From Patescibacteria group bacterium (GTDB taxonomy: Bacteria > Patescibacteriota > Minisyncoccia > Phycocordibacterales > GWA1-40-21): a stretch of DNA of 48,739 nt. Positions within the stretch are counted from its first letter, which is position 1. The number at the start of each line of letters is the position of its first letter. The position numbers and the translations under genes are program-made. The notes beneath the pieces are model-generated. The model did no database searches. It worked only from the letters and a program-made list of their open reading frames with translations, and was not told the origin of the DNA. The stretch spans positions 1 through 48,739 of the forward strand of contig JAGWZI010000002.1 of the NCBI GenBank assembly GCA_018968925.1, read 5' to 3'. Shown piece after piece: positions 16,254 to 24,706 of the stretch.

Positions 16254-17498
16254 ATGCGCGAAGACCGTCTGAAAGCACCGAAAATCGTCATCCTCTCGAC
16301 CGTCATTACGCTCGTCGTCTTCGGCGCAGGCGTCTATGTCGGCGCGCGCTTCACGCCGCATGTCGCGGCGGGAGAGGTGGTGAACATCGTCGACGACGGA
16401 TCGAATACCGTCTCCTCGACGACCGTCAACATGGCGCCGTTTTGGACCGTTTGGAACGATCTTGACCAGAAATTCGTCGCCACGCACAAGAACGAGAAAT
16501 TGCCGAGCGAGCAGGACAAGCTTTGGGGCGCGATCCAGGGCATGGCGGCCGCTTACGGCGATCCGTACACCGTCTTCATGCCGCCGGTCGAATCGAACGA
16601 TTTCAATTCGAACATCAGCGGCGACTTCGAGGGTGTCGGCATGGAACTTGCGGCCGACGATGCGGGCGATATCGTCGTCGTGGCGCCGCTCAAAGGCACT
16701 CCGGCATACGCGGCGGGCATCAAGACCGGCGACATTCTGCTTTCGATCAACGGCACGTCGACCGCGAACATGGACGTCGATACTGCTGTCGGGCTTATTC
16801 GCGGCAAAGCCGGGACGACCGTCGATCTTACCTTCGACCGGGCCGGATCGTCCAAGCCGCTCGACATCAAGCTCATGCGCGCGGTCATCAACATTCCGAC
16901 GATCGATACCGAGACGAAAGGCGATATCTTCGTTATCCATCTCTACAATTTCTACGAACCGTCGGCGAACGATTTCCGCGGCGCGCTCCGTGATTTTGTC
17001 CAGTCCGGAAAATCGAAGCTCGTCCTCGACCTGCGCGGCAACCCGGGCGGCTACCTCGACGCGGCCGTCGACATGGCGAGCTGGTTCCTGCCGCTCAATG
17101 ATGTCGTCGTGCGCGAGAATTTCGGTTCCTCGACGCCGGAAAACGTCTACCGGAGCAAAGGCTATAATGTGTTCAATAACAATCTGAAGATGGTCATCCT
17201 GGCGAATCAAGGCTCAGCCTCGGCCGCCGAGATCCTTTCCGGCGCCTTGCAAGAGCACGGCGTGGCGAAGCTCGTCGGCACGCGCACCTTCGGCAAGGGA
17301 TCAGTGCAGGAACTCCTGCCCATCACGTCCGACACATCGCTCAAAGTCACGGTCGCACGCTGGCTGACACCCGACGGCATTTCCATTTCCGACAACGGTC
17401 TGACACCTGATTACAACGTGCCGATGACCGATGCCGACGTCGCGGCGGGGAAGGACCCGCAGATGGACAAGGCGATCGAACTGCTTGACCAACAATAG
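16254..17498 (+). CDS. ctpA: Carboxy-terminal processing protease (S41 family)
   Basis: N-terminal TM, PDZ region (VVVAPLKGTPAYAAGIKTGDILLSING), LDLRGNPGGYL, and GSASAAEILSGAL. Confidence 0.88.
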   Translation: MREDRLKAPKIVILSTVITLVVFGAGVYVGARFTPHVAAGEVVNIVDDGSNTVSSTTVNMAPFWTVWNDLDQKFVATHKNEKLPSEQDKLWGAIQGMAAAYGDPYTVFMPPVESNDFNSNISGDFEGVGMELAADDAGDIVVVAPLKGTPAYAAGIKTGDILLSINGTSTANMDVDTAVGLIRGKAGTTVDLTFDRAGSSKPLDIKLMRAVINIPTIDTETKGDIFVIHLYNFYEPSANDFRGALRDFVQSGKSKLVLDLRGNPGGYLDAAVDMASWFLPLNDVVVRENFGSSTPENVYRSKGYNVFNNNLKMVILANQGSASAAEILSGALQEHGVAKLVGTRTFGKGSVQELLPITSDTSLKVTVARWLTPDGISISDNGLTPDYNVPMTDADVAAGKDPQMDKAIELLDQQ

Positions 17499-17501
17499 CT
17501 T

Positions 17502-19319
17502 ATGTGCGGCATCTTCGCGTACACGGGCAGAAAGAACGCGGTGCCGATACTCCTCGACGGCCTGTCGTCTCTCGAATACCGCGGCTATGATTCCGCCGGC
17601 GTCTATTGTCCGGCATCCGGAAGCGTGAAATCAGTCGGCGCGGTCGGCAACCTCTTGAAAAATATCGACGGTCTTTCCGGCGAAAGCGGCATCGCGCATA
17701 TCCGTTGGGCGACGCACGGCGAACCGACGGAAAAAAACGCCCATCCGCACCGCGACTGTACGGGCAAGGTTTGGGTCGTCCACAACGGCATCATTGAGAA
17801 TTATCTCGACTTGAAAAAGAAGCTCGCCATGAAAAGCCACCGATTCTCATCCGACACCGATACCGAAGTTCTTGCGCATCTCGTCGAGGAACATTTGAAA
17901 AAAAAGAAATCATTCGAAGCTGCGGTTGTGCAGGCGCTCCGTGAGGTGCGCGGCACATACGGCGCGGTCTTTGCGTACGAAACCGAACCGGACAAGCTCG
18001 TCGCCGCGCGGATGGGAGCGCCGGTCGTCCTCGGCCTTGGCTCACACGAGAATTTTGTCGCGTCGGATCCGTCGCCCATCATGCGCCATACGAAAGACGC
18101 GATTTTCATGAAAGACGGCGAAGTGGCTGTCATTACGCCCGATACGCATACGGTTTACAATCTCAACTTCGACCGGATTGACCGCGCTGCAGAAAAAATC
18201 GAAGGTGATGCAGAAGCGATCAAGAAAGGCGGTTACCGACATTTCATGCTGAAGGAAATTATGGAAGAACCAGATGTCGTAAAAAACACCCTGCGTGGAC
18301 GGCTCCTCACAAAAAACGGCTTGGCAAAACTCGGCGGACTCGAATCGGTTGCGGAACGTCTTCGCGGCGTAAAACGCATCATCATCGTCGGCTGCGGCAC
18401 GGCGTATTACGCCGGACTTGCCGGGGAATACATGCTCGAAGGCCATGCCGGATTGCCAGTCGAGGTCGAGGTCGGTTCTGAATTCAGATACCGCAAACCG
18501 GTGCTCGACAACTCGACGGCCCTCGTCGCCATTTCTCAATCCGGCGAGACGGCAGACACGCTCGAGGCGGTGCGCGAAGCGAAACGGCAGGGAATATTGA
18601 CGCTCGGCATCATCAACGCCGTCGGCTCGACGATCGCCCGAGAAACGGATGCCGGCATCTACAACCATGCCGGTCCGGAAATCGGCGTCGCCTCGACAAA
18701 GGCGTTCATTTCCCAGCTAACCGCCCTCGCTCTCCTCACGCTTTTCCTCGGCCGCCAGCGCGGCATGTCCCTTGCGGAAGGGAAGCGGATCGCCGAGGAA
18801 CTTACGCGCATTCCGGAAAAAATAGCTTCAATCCTCAAAGATGAGAGAAAAATAAAAGCGGTCGCCAAAAAATACAAGGATTGCCGAGATTTCCTCTACA
18901 TGGGACGCACGTACAACTATCCGGTCGCGCTTGAAGGCGCGCTCAAACTGAAGGAAATCTCCTATATTCATGCCGAGGGCTACGGCGCGGGCGAAATGAA
19001 GCACGGCCCCTTAGCCATGATCGATGGATCGTTCCCGACCGTCGCTATCGCGCCGTCCGGTAGTGTTTATGAAAAAATGCTCTCGAATATCCAAGAGATC
19101 CGAGCTCGCAAAGGCCCGATCATTGCCGTTTCCACGGCAGGGGATAAAATGATGAGGCAATTTGCAAGCGATACCATGTTCATTCCGGAAACGATCGAAA
19201 TGCTCTCGCCCCTGCTTGCCGTCGTACCTCTCCAGCTTTTCGCCTACCACATCGCGACACTGCGCAAGCTTGATGTCGACCGGCCGCGCAACCTTGCAAA
19301 ATCTGTCACGGTAGAATAG
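17502..19319 (+). CDS. glmS: Glutamine--fructose-6-phosphate aminotransferase
   Basis: MCGIFAY N-terminal nucleophile, two SIS domains, and C-terminal DRPRNLAKSVTVE. Confidence 0.95.
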   Translation: MCGIFAYTGRKNAVPILLDGLSSLEYRGYDSAGVYCPASGSVKSVGAVGNLLKNIDGLSGESGIAHIRWATHGEPTEKNAHPHRDCTGKVWVVHNGIIENYLDLKKKLAMKSHRFSSDTDTEVLAHLVEEHLKKKKSFEAAVVQALREVRGTYGAVFAYETEPDKLVAARMGAPVVLGLGSHENFVASDPSPIMRHTKDAIFMKDGEVAVITPDTHTVYNLNFDRIDRAAEKIEGDAEAIKKGGYRHFMLKEIMEEPDVVKNTLRGRLLTKNGLAKLGGLESVAERLRGVKRIIIVGCGTAYYAGLAGEYMLEGHAGLPVEVEVGSEFRYRKPVLDNSTALVAISQSGETADTLEAVREAKRQGILTLGIINAVGSTIARETDAGIYNHAGPEIGVASTKAFISQLTALALLTLFLGRQRGMSLAEGKRIAEELTRIPEKIASILKDERKIKAVAKKYKDCRDFLYMGRTYNYPVALEGALKLKEISYIHAEGYGAGEMKHGPLAMIDGSFPTVAIAPSGSVYEKMLSNIQEIRARKGPIIAVSTAGDKMMRQFASDTMFIPETIEMLSPLLAVVPLQLFAYHIATLRKLDVDRPRNLAKSVTVE

Positions 19320-19342
19320 TATGGAATGATAATCACACGAAC

Positions 19343-19789
19343 ATGAAAGTCATATTGCTCAAAGATGCAAAGAAGATCGGGCGCAAGTACGAGATCAAGG
19401 ACGTGGCGGAAGGCTACGCGACGAACATGCTCATCCCGCAAGGCTATGCGGTGCCGGCGACGGCAAGCTATGTGAAGCTCGTCGAAGCGAAGAAACAGCA
19501 GGACGCCCTCATGCGCGAAGAGTTCAAGAAGGCGTTCGAATACGGCATCGGCAAACTGCCCGGCGGCAAGCTGAAAATTTCTGGCAAAGCGAACGACAAA
19601 GGACACCTCTTTGCCGCAATATCGAAAGCGGATATTATCGAGAATTTCCGGAAAGAGACCGGCGTCATGCTCTCGGACGAGCATTTCGAGCTTGAAAAAC
19701 CGATCAAGGAGGCCGGCGAGCACGTGATCGAAGTGAAGATCGGCGACGCGCCGTACAAGCTCGCCGTTCTCGTGGAAACGGGGAAATAA
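19343..19789 (+). CDS. rplI: 50S ribosomal protein L9
   Basis: MKVILLKDAKKIGRKYEIKDVAEGYATNMLIPQGYA is canonical L9. A TGATAATCA box lies at 19327-19335, 7 nt before the ATG. Confidence 0.9.
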   Translation: MKVILLKDAKKIGRKYEIKDVAEGYATNMLIPQGYAVPATASYVKLVEAKKQQDALMREEFKKAFEYGIGKLPGGKLKISGKANDKGHLFAAISKADIIENFRKETGVMLSDEHFELEKPIKEAGEHVIEVKIGDAPYKLAVLVETGK

Positions 19790-19801
19790 AATCAAAAAGA
19801 T

Positions 19802-19844
19802 AAAAAACAAAGGGCGGCCGCGAAGCGGCCGCCCTTTGTTTTTT
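19802..19844. terminator. Bidirectional GC-rich hairpin terminator between rplI and rpmA
   Basis: AAAAAACAAAGGGCGGCCGC GAA GCGGCCGCCCTTTGTTTTTT is a perfect long stem. The 23-nt core recurs at 35721-35743. Confidence 0.7.
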
Positions 19845-19857
19845 CCGTTTCGGAATT

Positions 19858-20130
19858 TTAGACAACGCTCACGAGCGTCCGGCGCGTCATCGTGCCGTCG
19901 AAATTGTTCTTGCGCTTCGAGCCGAACTTGACGGTGCCGTTCGCAAGGGCGAAGAGCGTGTGATCCTTGCCGATGCCGACGCCTTTGCCCGCGAGCATGT
20001 CGCGGCCCTTCTGGCGGATGATGATATCGCCGACCGACGCCGTTTCGCCGTCGTTGATCTTGACGCCGAGATATCGTGGCCCGGAATCTCTGCCGTTTTT
20101 TGATGCGCCTGCTGCTTTCTTATGTGCCAT
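19858..20130 (-). CDS. rpmA: 50S ribosomal protein L27
   Basis: [24 protein letters not shown]... is canonical L27. Confidence 0.93.
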   Translation of the reverse strand: MAHKKAAGASKNGRDSGPRYLGVKINDGETASVGDIIIRQKGRDMLAGKGVGIGKDHTLFALANGTVKFGSKRKNNFDGTMTRRTLVSVV

Positions 20131-20140
20131 GGAATTCGCG

Positions 20141-20149
20141 TGTTATACT
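20141..20149 (+). promoter_or_regulatory. Extended -10 box (TGTTATACT) 6 nt upstream of an in-frame GTG
   Basis: TGtTATACT, then AGCCGG, then GTG at 20156. This is the same geometry as at 1025, 7669, 16185 and 35682. Confidence 0.4.
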
Positions 20150-20155
20150 AGCCGG

Positions 20156-20578
20156 GTGAGTATACAAGATGTCTCTTTCAAAATCAAGCGGCTTGCCGAC
20201 CGTATCGGCCAGGCTGTTCCCATGGCCCTTGCCGCCATCGCCAAAACCGATATGTTCGTCGCCATCCTCATCATCCTTGTGGGCCTCGCATCTTTTGCTC
20301 TCGGCAGACTTTCCGTCCTTGAAAACAACCGGGCGCCGATCGCCATATCGGCGGCGGGGGAGACCGCAAGCGCGGCGAGCGCCCTGCCAACGTCTCCCGC
20401 CGTGACGGGACAAGGGCAAGGCGTCGTATTCGCCTCGAAATCAGGCTCGAAATACTACTCTCCGACCTGCTCCGGCGCCTCGCGGGTGAAGCCCGAGAAC
20501 CGGGTCTGGTTCCCGTCGATCGCCGCCGCCGAAGCCGCCGGCCTCACTCCGGCCGCCAATTGCCCCGGGCTTCAATAA
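20156..20578 (+). CDS. Membrane-anchored protein with a C-terminal Ada-N-like (degenerate Zn-binding) motif
   Basis: TM segment MFVAILIILVGLASFALG. The C-terminal KYYSPTCSGASRVKPENRVWFPSIAAAEAAGLTPAANCPG resembles the Ada N-terminal metal-binding domain but keeps only 2 of its 4 Cys. The start is uncertain (GTG 20156 or ATG 20222). The track start at 19967 overlaps rpmA and was rejected. Confidence 0.5.
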   Translation: MSIQDVSFKIKRLADRIGQAVPMALAAIAKTDMFVAILIILVGLASFALGRLSVLENNRAPIAISAAGETASAASALPTSPAVTGQGQGVVFASKSGSKYYSPTCSGASRVKPENRVWFPSIAAAEAAGLTPAANCPGLQ

Positions 20579-20684
20579 ATGCAGCAAAGTTGATAGCAAA
20601 AATGGGAGTCAAAAATCGGTAAAATATGGCTTTATAGAGCCGTATGTTTATATTTGACTGACAGGAAAATCAGTGGTCTGACTA

Positions 20685-20713
20685 TTGACAGAAAAGCCGG
20701 AAAATGCTAACAT
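20685..20713 (+). promoter_or_regulatory. Sigma-70-type promoter TTGACA-17-TAACAT
   Basis: -35 at 20685-20690 and -10 at 20708-20713, upstream of the lysozyme-like gene. Confidence 0.5.
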
Positions 20714-20720
20714 ATTGGCA

Positions 20721-20747
20721 ATCAGGGGCAACCCTGATTTTTGATTT
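20721..20747 (+). promoter_or_regulatory. Leader hairpin plus U-tract immediately before the start codon
   Basis: ATCAGGG GCAA CCCTGAT followed by TTTTGATTT, then ATG at 20748. Confidence 0.35.
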
Positions 20748-21233
20748 ATGATGGAACTTTTGACAACGTCGTTCTTCGTCTTTTCGTCGATCTACGGCGG
20801 GCCGACAGCATCGAGCGCGATCGCATCAAGCTCGGCGTCCGTAACCCCCGCACCGCAGGTGGAAGAGGCAAGCACGACTCCGCATACGAATGCGGGACTC
20901 AAGGATGAGGCTCTTGCATACTTCAAGAATACGCCGATCCTTGCGAACATCGCCGGGTGCGAATCCCGATTCCGCCAGTATGACAAGCGCGGTAACGTCC
21001 TTGTCGGCGCAGTGAACAAAGGCGATATCGGCGTCATGCAGATCAACACGTACTACCAGGGCAAGAAGGCGGCCGAGCTCGGATACGATCTCGATACGCC
21101 GGAAGGCAACATGGCCTATGGCAAGTATCTCTACGAAAAGGAGGGTACCAAGCCGTGGGATTCGTCGTCCGCATGCTGGAAGCATGCCGATGACGCAAGT
21201 TCGACTGCAGACGATATCGTAGCAATGAATTAA
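20748..21233 (+). CDS. Secreted lysozyme-like / lytic transglycosylase-like protein
   Basis: Hydrophobic N-terminus, then IAGCESRFRQYD ... DIGVMQINTYYQGKKAAELGYD ... NMAYGKYLYEKEGTKPWDSSSACW. The CES catalytic-Glu context and GxMQIN are SLT/goose-lysozyme-like. Confidence 0.6.
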   Translation: MMELLTTSFFVFSSIYGGPTASSAIASSSASVTPAPQVEEASTTPHTNAGLKDEALAYFKNTPILANIAGCESRFRQYDKRGNVLVGAVNKGDIGVMQINTYYQGKKAAELGYDLDTPEGNMAYGKYLYEKEGTKPWDSSSACWKHADDASSTADDIVAMN

Positions 21234-21240
21234 ACAAACA

Positions 21241-21266
21241 AAACTCCGGGATTCCCGGGGTTTTGT
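21241..21266 (+). terminator. Intrinsic terminator after the lysozyme-like gene
   Basis: AAAACTCCGGG ATT CCCGGGGTTTT with one G:T wobble, followed by GTTTTG. Confidence 0.55.
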
Positions 21267-21360
21267 TTTGCATATGCAGACGGTTTTTGTTGAAGGGAAG
21301 GACAGGTTTTATTATTCTAGCAGTGTTCCACAATATACCTTTTGGTATATACATATAGGA

Positions 21361-21393
21361 TAAAAAGGAGGCGCGAGGTATTCCCCCGCGCCT
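21361..21393 (-). terminator. Intrinsic terminator (minus strand) after the 146-aa ORF
   Basis: The minus strand reads AGGCGCGGGG GAATA CCTCGCGCCT followed by CCTTTTTA. Confidence 0.55.
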
Positions 21394-21408
21394 TTGCCGT
21401 TTGAAGGC

Positions 21409-21849
21409 TTATCTGCCCACCACAGTGAGTGCGTCATCGAGTGATGGCGACCACATGGGACCATCGGTCCATGACTGTTGCTTCCGGAACCAGTGGTATT
21501 CGCCTTTTTGCCCGATTCTTTCCTCCTTCCCGATAAGGATCAGATTGGCTCCCCGACGCCATCTGAACAGCTTGTCGTATCTGGCGGTCATCTCTTCGGA
21601 AAAACGGGCAAGCTTCTCAAGCTCTTCGAGAGTATATATCTTCGGATCGCCGTTTATTGCGACGATCGAGATGTAATCGGGCTTGCCCGGACCCGGCCGA
21701 TCAAACGCCGCCGCAAGCATTCCGGCCACGGCACAGATGCCGTAGCCGTTGCCGCCTTTGTTCCACATGAGCTTCTTGATCAGTTCCTGCCGAGTTTGCT
21801 TCTTCGTGATGATTTTCACAAGAGCCTCCGCGATTGAAATAACGTTCAA
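21409..21849 (-). CDS. Hypothetical protein (146 aa), no recognisable family
   Basis: The ORF has coherent codon usage, its own TTGACA-16-TAATAT promoter and its own terminator. The listed start is TTG only 4 nt after the -10 box, so the true start is uncertain (next Met is MWNKGG). Confidence 0.5.
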   Translation of the reverse strand: MNVISIAEALVKIITKKQTRQELIKKLMWNKGGNGYGICAVAGMLAAAFDRPGPGKPDYISIVAINGDPKIYTLEELEKLARFSEEMTARYDKLFRWRRGANLILIGKEERIGQKGEYHWFRKQQSWTDGPMWSPSLDDALTVVGR

Positions 21850-21853
21850 AAAG

Positions 21854-21881
21854 ATATTACTGCAGATTTACCATTTGTCAA
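21854..21881 (-). promoter_or_regulatory. Sigma-70-type promoter (minus strand) TTGACA-16-TAATAT
   Basis: -35 at 21876-21881 and -10 at 21854-21859 (reverse complement). Confidence 0.45.
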
Positions 21882-21926
21882 TCATCATGTGACTTTGAGA
21901 AAAATTCCTTTATTTATTGCCTTGTT

Positions 21927-23024
21927 TCACTTGTTCTTCTTTGGATTGTTCCAGATCTTGCAAAAAGCTCCGTACACCTCCTCGACGGTTATCCGTTCAA
22001 TGAAGCCATGTTTTTTCAGAAAAAACCTCTGATAGAGGCCCCTGCCGCCCGACTTATCGAGCATGATGTCATTTGGATCCTGCGACATGTAGATATGCGG
22101 TCCGGGACCGTAAAGAACGATGCTTCGAAGCCCTGCGAGGTGAGCCATGTTGGCGGGTCCGCTGTCGATACCGATAAAATAGTCCGCCGCATTCATCAAT
22201 AACAGCAGTTCCGCCGTATCAATCTGCCCGATCAACGAAAACACGGGAAAATCGAGCCGGGAAGCTATGTACGCATAATCCTCCCGCTCTTTTTCCTGCC
22301 CGATAAAAATGAAATCAAGCTCCCCCAATGCATGTATATCTTTCAGAAGCAGCGCCCATTTCTCTTTATCCCATCGCATCATCGGCCAGCTTGCTCCGGT
22401 ATGAATGAGTATCTTTTTGTTTTTTGCGCCGATACGCAACCGGGAAATGATCGTTTCGTATTCTTCCTTCGTAAAATTGAAAATATCCTTGAAGAAAATA
22501 TCCTTTGGTCTGCCGTCAAACAAAGAAAAAACGAAATCCCGCCATTGCGTCGGTCTGCGGCGCAATACGGTATTTTTCAACAGATCGCATAGAGCGTACC
22601 GCGTCATGCGTTGCAGCGCCGTGGTCACCTTGGAGGCGCTGATAAACGGTGCGACGTTCTGCAATACGTCCCTGCTTGCCCTGATCAGGAAAACCTCCTC
22701 GTATGTTCCCGATACGGCGCCGCTCGTCGATTCGTTCGCTCTTCCCGCGACCGATTTGGCCACAAAAACATTTCGAACGCAAACGATCCTTTCCGCAAGA
22801 GACTTGAGCGGAGATGTCACCATGAGGTCTATCGTTTTGTCCGTTCTTTCGGAAAAATCAAACAGCGCCGGAAGCATCGCGACGAACTCCCCCACAAGGC
22901 ATGGCGCGACGACAAGCACGGCGTTGTTCGCGCATTCGGTCCGCTTGATCTTCGAGGCGCACCGGCGCACAAGGTACGGTTCCTCGATGATTTGCCGGAA
23001 ATAATCGAGGTTGAAAAAATTCAT
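21927..23024 (-). CDS. Glycosyltransferase family 9 (heptosyltransferase-like)
   Basis: ILIHTGASWPMMRWDKEKWALLL ... FIGIDSGPANMAHLAGLRSIVLYGP matches the GT9 C-terminal nucleotide-sugar-binding half. GC is lower than in the surrounding genes. Confidence 0.72.
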   Translation of the reverse strand: MNFFNLDYFRQIIEEPYLVRRCASKIKRTECANNAVLVVAPCLVGEFVAMLPALFDFSERTDKTIDLMVTSPLKSLAERIVCVRNVFVAKSVAGRANESTSGAVSGTYEEVFLIRASRDVLQNVAPFISASKVTTALQRMTRYALCDLLKNTVLRRRPTQWRDFVFSLFDGRPKDIFFKDIFNFTKEEYETIISRLRIGAKNKKILIHTGASWPMMRWDKEKWALLLKDIHALGELDFIFIGQEKEREDYAYIASRLDFPVFSLIGQIDTAELLLLMNAADYFIGIDSGPANMAHLAGLRSIVLYGPGPHIYMSQDPNDIMLDKSGGRGLYQRFFLKKHGFIERITVEEVYGAFCKIWNNPKKNK

Positions 23025-23045
23025 AGGTCGCGCCCGGTTCCGCTC

Positions 23046-23315
23046 TTATGGCGTCGTGCTCGTTGCGGCCGTGTGAACGCCCGCCTGAATGCCGTGCCAG
23101 AGGACGCCGACGACAAACGTATTCCAGAGCCACGTGATCGGCCCGGAGATCCAGCCCCAGATCGTGGTGAGGACCTGTCCGAACCAGCCGAGATTCGACT
23201 GCACCGTCGGCGAATGGATGACGTTGTTGATATTGATGCCGAAATAGCCGAGCACGATGAGAATGACGACCACGATGATGATATCCATGATGAGCCCGCC
23301 GCGGTTGTATTTCAT
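23046..23315 (-). CDS. Small membrane protein (89 aa), hypothetical
   Basis: Two hydrophobic, Trp-rich segments (IIIVVVILIVLGYFGI; WGWISGPITWLWNTFVVGVLW). Confidence 0.55.
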   Translation of the reverse strand: MKYNRGGLIMDIIIVVVILIVLGYFGININNVIHSPTVQSNLGWFGQVLTTIWGWISGPITWLWNTFVVGVLWHGIQAGVHTAATSTTP

Positions 23316-23359
23316 ACAAATGATTTATGACCTGATAATGCCACTCGTATTATACCACG

Positions 23360-24706
23360 CTACTTGAGAAGCGCCAGAGCCGCCGCAATGCGTGCCAGGG
23401 ACTCTTTTTTGCCGAAAATGGCGAGCAGGACGAACGGATCAGGGGACTTTTCCCTACCCGACAAGGCGACCCGCAACGGCCAGAGGACGTTCCCCCTCCC
23501 CTTCTCCTCAGCAAGCGGCATAAGGGCGGATTTGAGCCGTTCTGCGTCGAAATCGGCATCGGCAAGGGCGGCAAGCTTTTCTGAAACAAGCACGAGGTTC
23601 TCGCGCGCTTCCGCTGCCGTGCCGCCTTTCTTCCAGACGAGCATTTCCTGAGAAAATTTTGGCTGTTCAAAAAAATATTGAATATCTCCATCCGCCACCA
23701 TTTTATCTATGTCGGACCAAACAGAAATTCTCTCAACTATTATTTCGGAAAGTTTTTCAATCATTAAATCATTCTGACAGTTTTTAGGAAATCTTTTTTT
23801 AATTTCTTTATCAATTTCCATCGGTGAAAGCCGATTCATATACTCTTTGTTATACCAAAGTAATTTTTCTGGATTAAAAATTGCGCCGGCTTTTTGTACT
23901 TTTGTGATATCAAATCTAGAAATTATTTCTTCTACACTCATAACTTCTCTAGTGGTTCCCGGATTCCAGCCGAGAAATGCGAGATAGTTTACGACGGCTT
24001 CCGGCAAATAGCCTTTCTCACGATAATATTTCACGGAGACGAGCTCGCCCGCTTGGCGTTTCGAAAGTTTTGACCGGTCGGCGTTCAGAATGAACGGCAT
24101 ATGGGCATAGACCGGCCGCGGCGCGCCGATCGCTTCCTGAATCAGGATCTGCCGCGGCGTGTTGTAGATGCCGTCCTCGCCGCGGATGACGTGCGTCACG
24201 CCCATCTCGAAATCGTCGACGACGACGGCAAAATGGTAGATCGGCTCGTCGACGGATTTCGCGATGACGAAATCGCCGAGCTCGGCCGTATCGACGGTAA
24301 TGTCGCCGCGGATCATGTCAGTAAAAGTAACTTTCTTGCCCGGATTCTTCAGACGGATGACTTTGGCGCGCTGTCCCGCTTCTTTCACCTCTTCTTTCGA
24401 CACGTACGCCTTGCCGTCGGCAATGAGCTGTTCAAGATATTTTTTGTACGTCGCCGAATGCGCCGATTGCCTGTACGGATGGGAAAAATCGATGTCGATG
24501 CCGAGCCACTGCAAACCGGACACGATATCGTCGGCATATTCCTGCTTGGACCTTTCGCGATCGGTATCCTCGAGACGGAACAGGAGCTTGCCGCCGTTTT
24601 TCTTCACGAAAAAGTAATTAAACAGCGCGGTGCGGGCGTTGCCGATATGGAACGGGCCGGTCGGCGATGGCGGAAAACGGGCGACGATGTGGGATTTATT
24701 GCTCAT
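23360..24706 (-). CDS. gltX: Glutamate--tRNA ligase
   Basis: VARFPPSPTGPFHIGNARTALFNY (HIGH) and SKLSKRQ (KMSKS). I used the ATG at 24706, which overlaps the murG stop by 11 nt. An internal AT-rich block is described in the findings. Confidence 0.92.
   Translation of the reverse strand: MSNKSHIVARFPPSPTGPFHIGNARTALFNYFFVKKNGGKLLFRLEDTDRERSKQEYADDIVSGLQWLGIDIDFSHPYRQSAHSATYKKYLEQLIADGKAYVSKEEVKEAGQRAKVIRLKNPGKKVTFTDMIRGDITVDTAELGDFVIAKSVDEPIYHFAVVVDDFEMGVTHVIRGEDGIYNTPRQILIQEAIGAPRPVYAHMPFILNADRSKLSKRQAGELVSVKYYREKGYLPEAVVNYLAFLGWNPGTTREVMSVEEIISRFDITKVQKAGAIFNPEKLLWYNKEYMNRLSPMEIDKEIKKRFPKNCQNDLMIEKLSEIIVERISVWSDIDKMVADGDIQYFFEQPKFSQEMLVWKKGGTAAEARENLVLVSEKLAALADADFDAERLKSALMPLAEEKGRGNVLWPLRVALSGREKSPDPFVLLAIFGKKESLARIAAALALLK

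Noticed and set aside
19967-20155. The upstream part of the 203-aa track ORF (start 19967, or ATG 20129).
   Set aside because: It overlaps rpmA on the opposite strand for more than 160 nt, and the promoter-like TGTTATACT box lies inside it. I trimmed the gene to GTG 20156, with ATG 20222 as an alternative.
21333-21350. Perfect inverted repeat ATATACC-TTTT-GGTATAT in the spacer between the lysozyme-like gene and the 146-aa ORF terminator.
   Set aside because: It is short and AT-rich with no associated promoter or gene start, so it could arise by chance in AT-rich spacer DNA. I did not promote it to a feature.
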